DNA of 64,000 bases from Desulfobacterales bacterium RIFOXYA12_FULL_46_15 (lineage in GTDB: Bacteria > Desulfobacterota > Desulfobacteria > Desulfobacterales > Desulfobacteraceae): positions 6,353 to 70,352 of the forward strand of contig MGTJ01000016.1 in NCBI GenBank assembly GCA_001799395.1, written 5' to 3'. The stretch's first letter is position 1. Each line of letters starts with the position of its first letter. Of this stretch, positions 38,189-46,381 are shown in pieces. The notes under the pieces are model-generated. The model saw nothing but the letters and a program-made list of their open reading frames with translations. It was not told where the DNA came from and searched no databases. Made by a program: the position numbers and the translations under genes.

Positions 38189-38238
38189 TTAAGTATTCTT
38201 AATTAAAATTTAATAATACTTAAAAAAAATCCTGTCAA
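38189..38238 (-). promoter_or_regulatory. Putative sigma70 promoter with overlapping inverted-repeat operator for XRE-leuCD
   Basis: Minus strand TTGACA (38238-33), 17 nt, TATTAA (38215-10); inverted repeat TTAAGTATT-N17-AATACTTAA at 38189-38223. Confidence 0.6.
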
Positions 38239-38335
38239 TATCTTTTTCTTTCTGCAGAACCTTCTATGAATTTAGTTTTTCTCTTGACAGGTGTACTTAA
38301 CGGATAATAAGAAAGACAGGGGGGAAATCGCAATA

Positions 38336-40444
38336 ATGGCTTTGGATAATAAAACCGGGTCTTCCGGACAAAACTGCGGATTGGGCAGCCGGAATTCATT
38401 AATCCTGAAAATTGCATTATTCCTCAATTATCTAAGCAAAGAGAATCACCATAAACTTCTGCAGGATCTGGAACAACGCAAGAACAGCTCCGACATTGAT
38501 ATCCTCAAACTCATGCAGGCCAAAAGCTATGCCAATCAAGCCAATATTCTCAGCCTGAAAAAGACCTGCCTCAGCTTTGCCAGGGCACAGGAAGACTCAA
38601 GGTTCGGAGCATTGTGCATTAATTTTGAATTTTTGACACAAAGCAATCTCAACCTTGCCCTGGATGAGCAGAAAAATCTTTTGGATGAAGGCCGGAATAT
38701 CATGCTGGGAGAACTCCTGGTGGATGCAGGCATGATATCTGAAAGACAACGTGATCTCATTTTACAAAAACAGAGACTGGAAAACAACAACACCCGGAAA
38801 ATTACTCCGGCAGAAGAAATCACAGTCGCAAGTGTGGCCGATGAACCTGAAACCCAGCAAAAGTCCCCGGTCTTTGATAAAAGCCGGATGCGGGAAATCC
38901 GTGAAACCGGGATCATTCTTCTGGTTCAAAATGATGCCTTAAAAGCCTTTATGACAAAAACAAAAAATTTTGACAATTCAATGCTGCTTGCAGATTTAAA
39001 ATTCTTTTTGGAAAAACATGGGATCATATACGGTTTGGTTGATGATCAGAGCCTTGAAGCCTTTATTAAAGATGAAAAATACCATAACGCCTTTTTTAAA
39101 ACGGCTGAAGGTCTTGAACCCATTGATGGAACAGATGCCAGGGTTATCTATATGTTTGACCGGGATTATCTTAAACCGGGCTGGCTTGCAGAGGATGGGA
39201 CCATTGATTTTAAGGAAAGGGGTGAGATCCCGTTTGTGTCTTCCGGGGATGTCCTGGCGGAAAAAATCCCCCCAAAGGAAGGCAAGGATGGGGTCAGCGT
39301 TTATGGGGATGCCATCCCCAGGACAAATGCCATGGACATCTCCTTTGTCCTGGGGAAAGGGGTTCGGCTCTCCAATGACGGGTTAAAGATTATCTCCGAG
39401 GTGAACGGCAACCCCAAGGCAAAGCCGAGCGGCGAAATTTCGGTCAATGATTCTTATTTTATTGAAGGCGATGTGGATTATACGACAGGACATGTAAAAT
39501 TTGACAAAAATGTCTATATCACCGGTTCCATAAAAAACGGGTTCAGGGTAGAGGCCATTGATGTTGTTGCCAAAACCATAGACGGCGGTATTGTAAAAGC
39601 CCAGGGAGATGTTTTCATACAGAATGGGGTGACGGAATCCGTCATCGAAGCCAAGGGAAATATTAAAGCAGGTTTTATGCACAGGTCCAAGGCTGCCTGT
39701 ATCGGCAACATGACCATTGTAAAGGAAGTTGTAGACACGGAAATCATCCTTGAAGGAACATTTGAAATGAAACAGGGACGGGTATTTTCATCCTCCATCA
39801 CGGCAAAGGGCGGTGCAAAAATATACCATATCGGTTCTGAAAAAGCAGCCGTTTCCACAATCACCGTAGGGACATCCGGCTATCTTGAAAAAGAGCTTCA
39901 AAATATCGATTCAGCCATAGAAAGACGCCAGAATCTTCTTGAAACCAGGACGAAAGAAAAAAACAAAATAGAATCAGAACTCTCTGTCATCAGAGAAAAA
40001 CTCAACAATTTTGATCAATCCCGGCAACGCACCATTTCCATGATAAATGAAATGAAAAAAGATGAGACCGGGAAAATGAACGAAAAGATCGACCTGTTTC
40101 AAAAAAGCCTGGATCAGGCAGATATAAAAATCCATGCTTTGAATGATGAGAAGGCTCTGCTGGAAACCAATTTTAAAAAGACAACCCAGGATATTCTTTC
40201 CTGTGCCGAAGCGGTTAAAATAAGCGTTAAAGATAAATTTGCGTTGAAACGGCTTCAACAGGCAAATCCGCCCAAACCGATTCTTGATGTCGCCGGCAAG
40301 GTCCTGGCCGGGACAAAGGTTAACGGACGATATGCCAATATGGTCCTTAACCGGACCCTGAGCCGCACCCGGATAATGGAAATCAACAGCCGGGGGGATG
40401 AAGGATCAAAAAAAGGCTGGGAAATGATTATTACCAATCTTTAA
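38336..40444 (+). CDS. FapA/DUF342 family protein with N-terminal MshEN-like repeats
   Basis: DUF342 motifs (GDVLAEKIPPKEGKDG, IEGDVDYTTGHVKF) and a coiled coil; N-terminal RFG...EQ and LGELLVDAGMIS...Q. Confidence 0.82.
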   Translation: MALDNKTGSSGQNCGLGSRNSLILKIALFLNYLSKENHHKLLQDLEQRKNSSDIDILKLMQAKSYANQANILSLKKTCLSFARAQEDSRFGALCINFEFLTQSNLNLALDEQKNLLDEGRNIMLGELLVDAGMISERQRDLILQKQRLENNNTRKITPAEEITVASVADEPETQQKSPVFDKSRMREIRETGIILLVQNDALKAFMTKTKNFDNSMLLADLKFFLEKHGIIYGLVDDQSLEAFIKDEKYHNAFFKTAEGLEPIDGTDARVIYMFDRDYLKPGWLAEDGTIDFKERGEIPFVSSGDVLAEKIPPKEGKDGVSVYGDAIPRTNAMDISFVLGKGVRLSNDGLKIISEVNGNPKAKPSGEISVNDSYFIEGDVDYTTGHVKFDKNVYITGSIKNGFRVEAIDVVAKTIDGGIVKAQGDVFIQNGVTESVIEAKGNIKAGFMHRSKAACIGNMTIVKEVVDTEIILEGTFEMKQGRVFSSSITAKGGAKIYHIGSEKAAVSTITVGTSGYLEKELQNIDSAIERRQNLLETRTKEKNKIESELSVIREKLNNFDQSRQRTISMINEMKKDETGKMNEKIDLFQKSLDQADIKIHALNDEKALLETNFKKTTQDILSCAEAVKISVKDKFALKRLQQANPPKPILDVAGKVLAGTKVNGRYANMVLNRTLSRTRIMEINSRGDEGSKKGWEMIITNL

Positions 40445-40446
40445 TG

Positions 40447-41067
40447 CTATCCTTGGGAAATGACCTGAAAATTTATTTTCCCCTGGGACTGTAACTCTGT
40501 CAAAAGGTTTTCCACCTGGACATAATTCTTTTTTTCAATTTCAATTTTGTGTTCAACCCTATCTGTATAAGATGTATTCAGAATTTTCGCCTTAACAGGT
40601 TTCAACAGGTTGATTATTGTGTCGTTGACCCCATAGGATAATTGCATCATCAAAAGAACGGTCTCTGTCAGCTTTTTCAATTCCCCCATATCAATGGTTT
40701 GCTGCACAGATTTGGAATATGCATCCATCAATCCCCTGACCCCGAGCTTTACACCTCCGAAATACCGGGTCACAACTGCTGCAACCCGGGTCATATGATG
40801 ATTCTTTAATGTGCCGAGCATGGGTTTTCCGGCAGTTCCCGAAGGTTCCCCGGCATCAGAACTGTGAAATATCTCGCCTTTTTCGCCCAGAATATAGGCC
40901 CAGCAATTATGAGTGGCGGTTTTATTCTCTTTTGAAATACGGGAAATAAATTCTTTTGTCTTTTCAATGGATTCAACATAATCAAGCGTACAGACAAATA
41001 CGGACCGTTTGATTTTTATTGTTGTTGTTCTTTGATGGTCAACAGAATAAAAATAAGTTTCTTCCAT
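40447..41067 (-). CDS. yigZ: IMPACT family protein (YigZ)
   Basis: IKRSVF, ATHNCWAY, SDAGEPSGTAGKPML and VTRYFGGVKLG. Confidence 0.92.
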   Translation of the reverse strand: MEETYFYSVDHQRTTTIKIKRSVFVCTLDYVESIEKTKEFISRISKENKTATHNCWAYILGEKGEIFHSSDAGEPSGTAGKPMLGTLKNHHMTRVAAVVTRYFGGVKLGVRGLMDAYSKSVQQTIDMGELKKLTETVLLMMQLSYGVNDTIINLLKPVKAKILNTSYTDRVEHKIEIEKKNYVQVENLLTELQSQGKINFQVISQG

Positions 41068-41160
41068 GATGAGATCTTCCTGTCTCCAAACAAAATTGTT
41101 CCGGCTCAATCCGGCCTAGTTTAACCTATAATATAAATCCGTTCAAAATTAAAGAGCGCC

Positions 41161-41189
41161 TTGACTTCGAAGACGATTAAATTTATCCT
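41161..41189 (+). promoter_or_regulatory. Putative sigma70 promoter for the GntR gene
   Basis: TTGACT, 17 nt, TATCCT. Confidence 0.5.
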
Positions 41190-41255
41190 CAAACCGGTTT
41201 CAAAAGTCTTGTAATGAACAACCCTAAGTCCGAATTCTTTTCAAGAAAGGATGGT

Positions 41256-41885
41256 ATGGAATCAAAATCCGATCCAAATGAAATTTATGCAGCCCTGAGG
41301 AAAAAAATCATCCGTCTTGAACTTCCCCCGGAAAGTGTTTTGAATTTAAGCGATCTGGCTAAAGAGTTCGATGTCAGCCGGACGCCCATCAAGGAAGCCC
41401 TGATCTCTCTTCAGTCCGAAGAATGGATCATGTGGCAGGGCTCCCGGTTTATTGTTACACCGCTCAGCCTGGAAAGGATCAGGGAAATCACTGAAATCCG
41501 GATGGTTCTTGAAATTAAGGCAAACGTCTGGGCCATGGAACGGATTACGCCTCCGGAATGGGAGGAACTGGATCGCATCCGAACGGAAATATCCGGATTT
41601 TCTGAAAATAGCAGCAACCAGAGCATTATCGATTTTGACTTTTTCATCCACCATACTATTTTTAAAATTGCAAAAAACATTCAACTGGCAAAGATCCTGG
41701 AAAGGCTTTTGAGTCATTATTTAAGATTCTGGTTATCCATCCCAAGGCAAATCGATCACAGTGTTTTTTTCAAGGAAGCCATTGAACTCATTGAAGCCAT
41801 TCGCATGAAAGATGAGCCCTTGATCAGGGAGTGCACCACAAACCATATCCGCAATTCAGTGGCCCAGATCATGGGGACCCGGTAA
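41256..41885 (+). CDS. GntR-family regulator (FCD effector domain)
   Basis: LAKEFDVSRTPIKEAL HTH; EIRMVLE and DFDFFIHH. Alternative start at 41214. Confidence 0.9.
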   Translation: MESKSDPNEIYAALRKKIIRLELPPESVLNLSDLAKEFDVSRTPIKEALISLQSEEWIMWQGSRFIVTPLSLERIREITEIRMVLEIKANVWAMERITPPEWEELDRIRTEISGFSENSSNQSIIDFDFFIHHTIFKIAKNIQLAKILERLLSHYLRFWLSIPRQIDHSVFFKEAIELIEAIRMKDEPLIRECTTNHIRNSVAQIMGTR

Positions 41886-41894
41886 AAGAAGTAC

Positions 41895-41941
41895 TTGACA
41901 TAAATTTATTTTAAATCTAATATAAATTCAATATAGATTTA
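41895..41941 (+). promoter_or_regulatory. Putative sigma70 promoter with overlapping inverted repeat
   Basis: TTGACA (41895-900), 17 nt, TAATAT; TAAATCTA-N14-TAGATTTA at 41912-41941. Confidence 0.55.
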
Positions 41942-41988
41942 CGATGAATTATTTTCATCACAAACTTGAACCGGAGCATTCCAACACT

Positions 41989-43140
41989 ATGATTTATCTT
42001 GATAACGGGGCCACTTCCTTTCCCAAGCCCGAAAACGTTTATACGTTCATGGATGAATTTTTTAGAAAAAACGGCGTCAGCCCGGGGCGATCCGGTTATG
42101 ACCTTTCCATAGAAACCGGGAACATCATTGAAAACACAAGAAAAGCACTGACACGGTATTTTAACGGCAAAGACCCGAAACGGCTTGTTTTTTCATTAAA
42201 TTCCACAGATGCACTGAATCTTGCCATCTCCGGCCTCTTAAAGCCAGGAGATCATGCCGTCACAACACTCATTGAGCACAATGCTGTATTGAGACCTTTA
42301 TTCCACGCCTCTTTATATCATCAAGTGGATGTGGATTATGTCCCCTTTGATGGGAAAGGCTTTGTAAACCCGGATGATTTTACCTCAAGGTTTAAAAAAA
42401 ATACACGGCTTGTGGTGGTCAATCACGGTTCCAATGTTATTGGGACAGTCCAGCCCATCCGGGAAATCGGAAAATTATGCAGGGAAAGGGGAATCACCTT
42501 TCTTGTGGATGCGTCCCAGACTGCCGGAAAAATACCCATTGATATTGAGGCCATGAATGTGGATGTAATCGCCTTTACCGGCCACAAATCCCTTCTGGGT
42601 CCTCCCGGGGTCGGCGGGTTATATGTCGGGGAAGATGTGGTTATCCGGCACAGCCGGGCCGGCGGGACCGGTGTCAAGTCTGCACAACGCCACCACCTTG
42701 AAGAATATCCGTACAGGCTTGAATACGGGACATTAAATACCATAGGCATTGCCGGTCTTTATGCCGGCCTTACCTGGGTCCTTGAGCAGGGGGTGGATAA
42801 AATTCACAGCCATGAAATGAATCTGACACAAAAATTGCGGGACGGATTAAACAGCATTGATAAGGTCATCACCTATTACGCCGATGACCTGACAAATCAT
42901 ATCGGTGTCTTAAGCTTTAACATCAAGGGCTTTGAAGCCGTCAACACCGGCATCATCCTGGATGGCGACCATGATATTGCCTGCCGGACGGGATTGCATT
43001 GCGCCCCCCTGGTGCATGAGCAGCTCGGCACGGACAAGATCGGAGGGACTGTCAGGATAGGATTTGGGCCGTTTAATACCAAAGCCCATGTGGATACGCT
43101 TCTGAATGCCGTAAAAGAGATTGCTTCGACCTTTGTATAG
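41989..43140 (+). CDS. PLP-dependent class-V aminotransferase / cysteine desulfurase-selenocysteine lyase family
   Basis: MIYLDNGATSFPKP, EHNAV, DASQTAG, TGHKSLLGP and CRTGLHCAP. Confidence 0.9.
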   Translation: MIYLDNGATSFPKPENVYTFMDEFFRKNGVSPGRSGYDLSIETGNIIENTRKALTRYFNGKDPKRLVFSLNSTDALNLAISGLLKPGDHAVTTLIEHNAVLRPLFHASLYHQVDVDYVPFDGKGFVNPDDFTSRFKKNTRLVVVNHGSNVIGTVQPIREIGKLCRERGITFLVDASQTAGKIPIDIEAMNVDVIAFTGHKSLLGPPGVGGLYVGEDVVIRHSRAGGTGVKSAQRHHLEEYPYRLEYGTLNTIGIAGLYAGLTWVLEQGVDKIHSHEMNLTQKLRDGLNSIDKVITYYADDLTNHIGVLSFNIKGFEAVNTGIILDGDHDIACRTGLHCAPLVHEQLGTDKIGGTVRIGFGPFNTKAHVDTLLNAVKEIASTFV

Positions 43141-43232
43141 ACAGCCGGCCGTTTGTCTTCAAATTATCATTTCCTTTGATTTCAAAACCTGGTAAAAACG
43201 GTTATTCCATAACCAGCCGGCAAAGGATACCC

Positions 43233-44060
43233 ATGAAGACAAAAAGAAAGCATGTAATTGAAACAGCGCATTTTTTAAGCCAGTACATCACAACTCCCCC
43301 GCTTATCGGATTTCTGACCGGGACAGGGCTTTCCGATACCCTTAATGATCTTGACCCCATAGCTGCCTTTGATTATTCAAAAATTCCGAATTTCCCGGTA
43401 TCAACAGTGGAAAGCCACAAAGGAAAACTCATTTACGGCACCCTTGGGGGCAAGCCGCTATTGATGATGCAGGGCAGGTTTCATCTTTATGAAGGATATT
43501 CGCCCCAGGAGGTTGCTTTCCCCATACGGGTCATGCAGGAGCTGGGTGTTAAAACCCTGATCCTGAGCAATGCTGCAGGGGGCGTCAATCTCAATTTTTC
43601 GGCCGGCGACATAATGATTATAAAGGATCACATCAACCTGACAGGGAAAAATCCGCTCATCGGACCCAATGAAGATGACTGGGGTATCCGGTTTCCGGAT
43701 ATGACCGGGGTATATGATCCCCCACTCGCCGGCCTTGCCGAAGAAATCGCCCTGCACCATAAAATCCCTGTCCGGACCGGGGTTTATGCCGGTCTGAACG
43801 GTCCGAGCCTGGAAACCCCGGCCGAAACCCGGTATTTAAAAATCATCGGCAGTGATGCAGTGGGTTTTTCAACCATTATGGAAGCCATTGCAGGTGTCCA
43901 CGCCGGCATGAAAATCCTCGGGATTTCCCTGATCACTAATATCAATGATCCTGATGCACCCCAAAAAACCACTCTGGAATCCGTACTGAAAACTGCAAAA
44001 ACAGCATTAGACCCGCTCAATAAACTCCTGACCGATATAATCAGGGGCATCAAGGACTAA
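43233..44060 (+). CDS. punA: Purine nucleoside phosphorylase (trimeric PNP-I type)
   Basis: GRFHLYEGY, SNAAGG, DHINL, GPSLETPAE and VGFSTIME. Confidence 0.93.
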   Translation: MKTKRKHVIETAHFLSQYITTPPLIGFLTGTGLSDTLNDLDPIAAFDYSKIPNFPVSTVESHKGKLIYGTLGGKPLLMMQGRFHLYEGYSPQEVAFPIRVMQELGVKTLILSNAAGGVNLNFSAGDIMIIKDHINLTGKNPLIGPNEDDWGIRFPDMTGVYDPPLAGLAEEIALHHKIPVRTGVYAGLNGPSLETPAETRYLKIIGSDAVGFSTIMEAIAGVHAGMKILGISLITNINDPDAPQKTTLESVLKTAKTALDPLNKLLTDIIRGIKD

Positions 44061-46346
44061 AGCTGATTCATCCAGTACCTGTTTCAATGTAAACGACAGA
44101 TCGCCGACAGAGACCGGCTTTTTTAATAATCCCTTAACAGCAGGAGCATCAAGCTTATTTTGATCCATGGTATCACCTAATCCGGTGCAGATAATGACCG
44201 GGATATCGGGCCGGATATCATAAATTTTCTTTGCAAACTGGATTCCCGTCAATTCCGGCATGGTCATATCCGTCACAATGACATCAAAGAGATCCGGATT
44301 ATTTGTAAAAATATGGAGTGCTTCCATACTGCTTGAAAAACCGGTGACTGTGTAGCCTAATTTTTCCATCATATGGGTTTCCATAAGAGCCACTTTTTTA
44401 TCATCATCCACAAGGAGGACTCTCTCGGTTCCTTTTTGTATTCCTTTATTCTGTGGTGGTGCCTGTTTAAATGCACAGGTTTTTTCAATCACCGGGAAAT
44501 AAATATCAAACCTTGTCCCGTTTCCCCCGGCAGTTTCCACATGGATATATCCGCCATGGTGTTCAACTATCCCGTGAACCACATAAAGGCCTATCCCTGA
44601 AAATTTTCCCTCATGTTTTGTTGAAAAATAAGGATCAAAAATTTTATCAAGAAGATCCGGATCAATACCGATTCCCGTATCACTGATGGAAAGGCATAAA
44701 TAATCCCTTGTCAGGGAAAATTTTTTTAAATCCCAAGAAGGATTATTCCGGCCCGGGTGAAGCGAAACTTCAAGGATTCCCCCATTATCCTTCATGGAAT
44801 GGTAAGCATTGGCTGCAAGGTTCATGATGATCTGATGGATTTGTGCAGGATCAGCCAGGATAATGCCCAGACCTTCATCAAGAGTGACATTCAATTTTAT
44901 GGTGGCCGGAAGAAAGGAGCGAACCAGGGCCATGGAGTCTTTAACCACATCCTCCAGCCGGATACGCTTTTGTTCATGGACTTTCTGCCTGCTGAACGTC
45001 AGAATCAGGTTCACAAGCTCTTTTGCATGGTTAACGCAATCCAGAATAATCTCAAATGGTTCTTTTGCCGGATCATCGGGTCCTGTTTCCATCAGAAGCA
45101 TTTCCGTATAACCTGAGATCGGTGAAAGGATATTATTGAAATCATGGGCGATTCCCCCGGCCAAAGTCCCGACGGCTTCCATTTTCTGTGTCATGAGCAA
45201 TTGTTTTTCAAGGCTTTTCCTCTGGGAAATATCCAGTACCATGGCCCGGAATTCGAGAATCCTGCCGGAATTATCGGTAACAGCCTCAACAGAAATGCTT
45301 ACAGAAAAAGCATCACCGCCATTGGGCATCATCAGGAATTCCATATCCCTGACGGGCCGGCCCTGGGCAAGATACTTCCGGATATCCGTCAATTTCTCAT
45401 CCATTCCGGGCAAACTTAAAAAAAGTGATGTCACATTTTTACAAAAAAGCTCATTTCCGGCATATCCTGAAAGGATTTCGGCTTTCCGGTTGCAATGCAA
45501 TATATTTCCTTTGGGATCAATGGAAAAATAGGCAATGGGTGCATTTTCATAAAGATCACGATATTTTTTTTCATTTTCAATCAGATCCCTGGAGGTCTGC
45601 CGCAGATGCTCCTCTTTCCGCCACAAAAGCTCAGCCCCTTTTTTACCTTTAACTTGACCAAGATAGGTCAGGGATAAAGTCTCAACCAGCCTCATCAAGA
45701 CATTCAGCCTTTTTATCAGCTCTTCTTCATTTACAAAATGTTTCCCCTGTATTTTAAGCAAGGTTTTATCTGCTGTATTAATAACCAGAATTCCGTAATC
45801 CGGGAGATAAATATAAATTGAATTTTCAGAATTGAAATGACGGATAATCCTTATATCAAACCCGACTTCATCCTCAGCCGGCATAAGGCAATTTCCATTG
45901 TAAACAAAAAACGGGAGGCAAAGGTATTCCCTATGGCTTTCCCGGGCATGTTCCCCGGTATCCGGGCAGACAATAATGCGAATGCCCTTTGTATAATAAT
46001 CTTCATAATTCCGCAGGATATAGGCGATAATTCCGTCATTTTCCTTTAGATCACCCTTCCGGTCGGTTTTATAAAAAAACACCGGGGACAATTTCCTTTT
46101 CGTTACCATCCAAGGGCCGAATAATTTTAATATCAAGCCTTTCAGCCCTTTTCCGTCAAACCTGTCCATGATGCCGCGATCCCACAGGATTGTCGGTAGA
46201 AATTTTAATTTTGTATGGTTTGTGCCGTAAAGGATTCCTGTCTGCCTGGCATCAAATAAATCAAGAGATATTTTCAGCAGGCTTTTTAAGGGGTGGCCCT
46301 TTTTAAGAATTTTTGTTTCAATGGCCGGAACATCCATTTTTCTCAT
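44007..46346 (-). CDS. Hybrid histidine kinase: divergent GAF-like domain-PAS-HisKA-HATPase-REC (paralogue A)
   Basis: LAGGIAHDFNNIL, NLAANA, DTGIGI, FSGIGL and REC (VTDMTMP). 54-nt convergent overlap with PNP. Confidence 0.9.
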   Translation of the reverse strand: MRKMDVPAIETKILKKGHPLKSLLKISLDLFDARQTGILYGTNHTKLKFLPTILWDRGIMDRFDGKGLKGLILKLFGPWMVTKRKLSPVFFYKTDRKGDLKENDGIIAYILRNYEDYYTKGIRIIVCPDTGEHARESHREYLCLPFFVYNGNCLMPAEDEVGFDIRIIRHFNSENSIYIYLPDYGILVINTADKTLLKIQGKHFVNEEELIKRLNVLMRLVETLSLTYLGQVKGKKGAELLWRKEEHLRQTSRDLIENEKKYRDLYENAPIAYFSIDPKGNILHCNRKAEILSGYAGNELFCKNVTSLFLSLPGMDEKLTDIRKYLAQGRPVRDMEFLMMPNGGDAFSVSISVEAVTDNSGRILEFRAMVLDISQRKSLEKQLLMTQKMEAVGTLAGGIAHDFNNILSPISGYTEMLLMETGPDDPAKEPFEIILDCVNHAKELVNLILTFSRQKVHEQKRIRLEDVVKDSMALVRSFLPATIKLNVTLDEGLGIILADPAQIHQIIMNLAANAYHSMKDNGGILEVSLHPGRNNPSWDLKKFSLTRDYLCLSISDTGIGIDPDLLDKIFDPYFSTKHEGKFSGIGLYVVHGIVEHHGGYIHVETAGGNGTRFDIYFPVIEKTCAFKQAPPQNKGIQKGTERVLLVDDDKKVALMETHMMEKLGYTVTGFSSSMEALHIFTNNPDLFDVIVTDMTMPELTGIQFAKKIYDIRPDIPVIICTGLGDTMDQNKLDAPAVKGLLKKPVSVGDLSFTLKQVLDESALVLDAPDYIGQEFIERV

Positions 46347-46381
46347 GGCAGACCTTTTATAGAGGCAGGCAATTTAATAAA

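Noticed and set aside
44103-44124. GCCG-N8-CGGC-T6 after PNP
   Set aside because: 4-bp stem inside the convergent kinase CDS; insufficient support.
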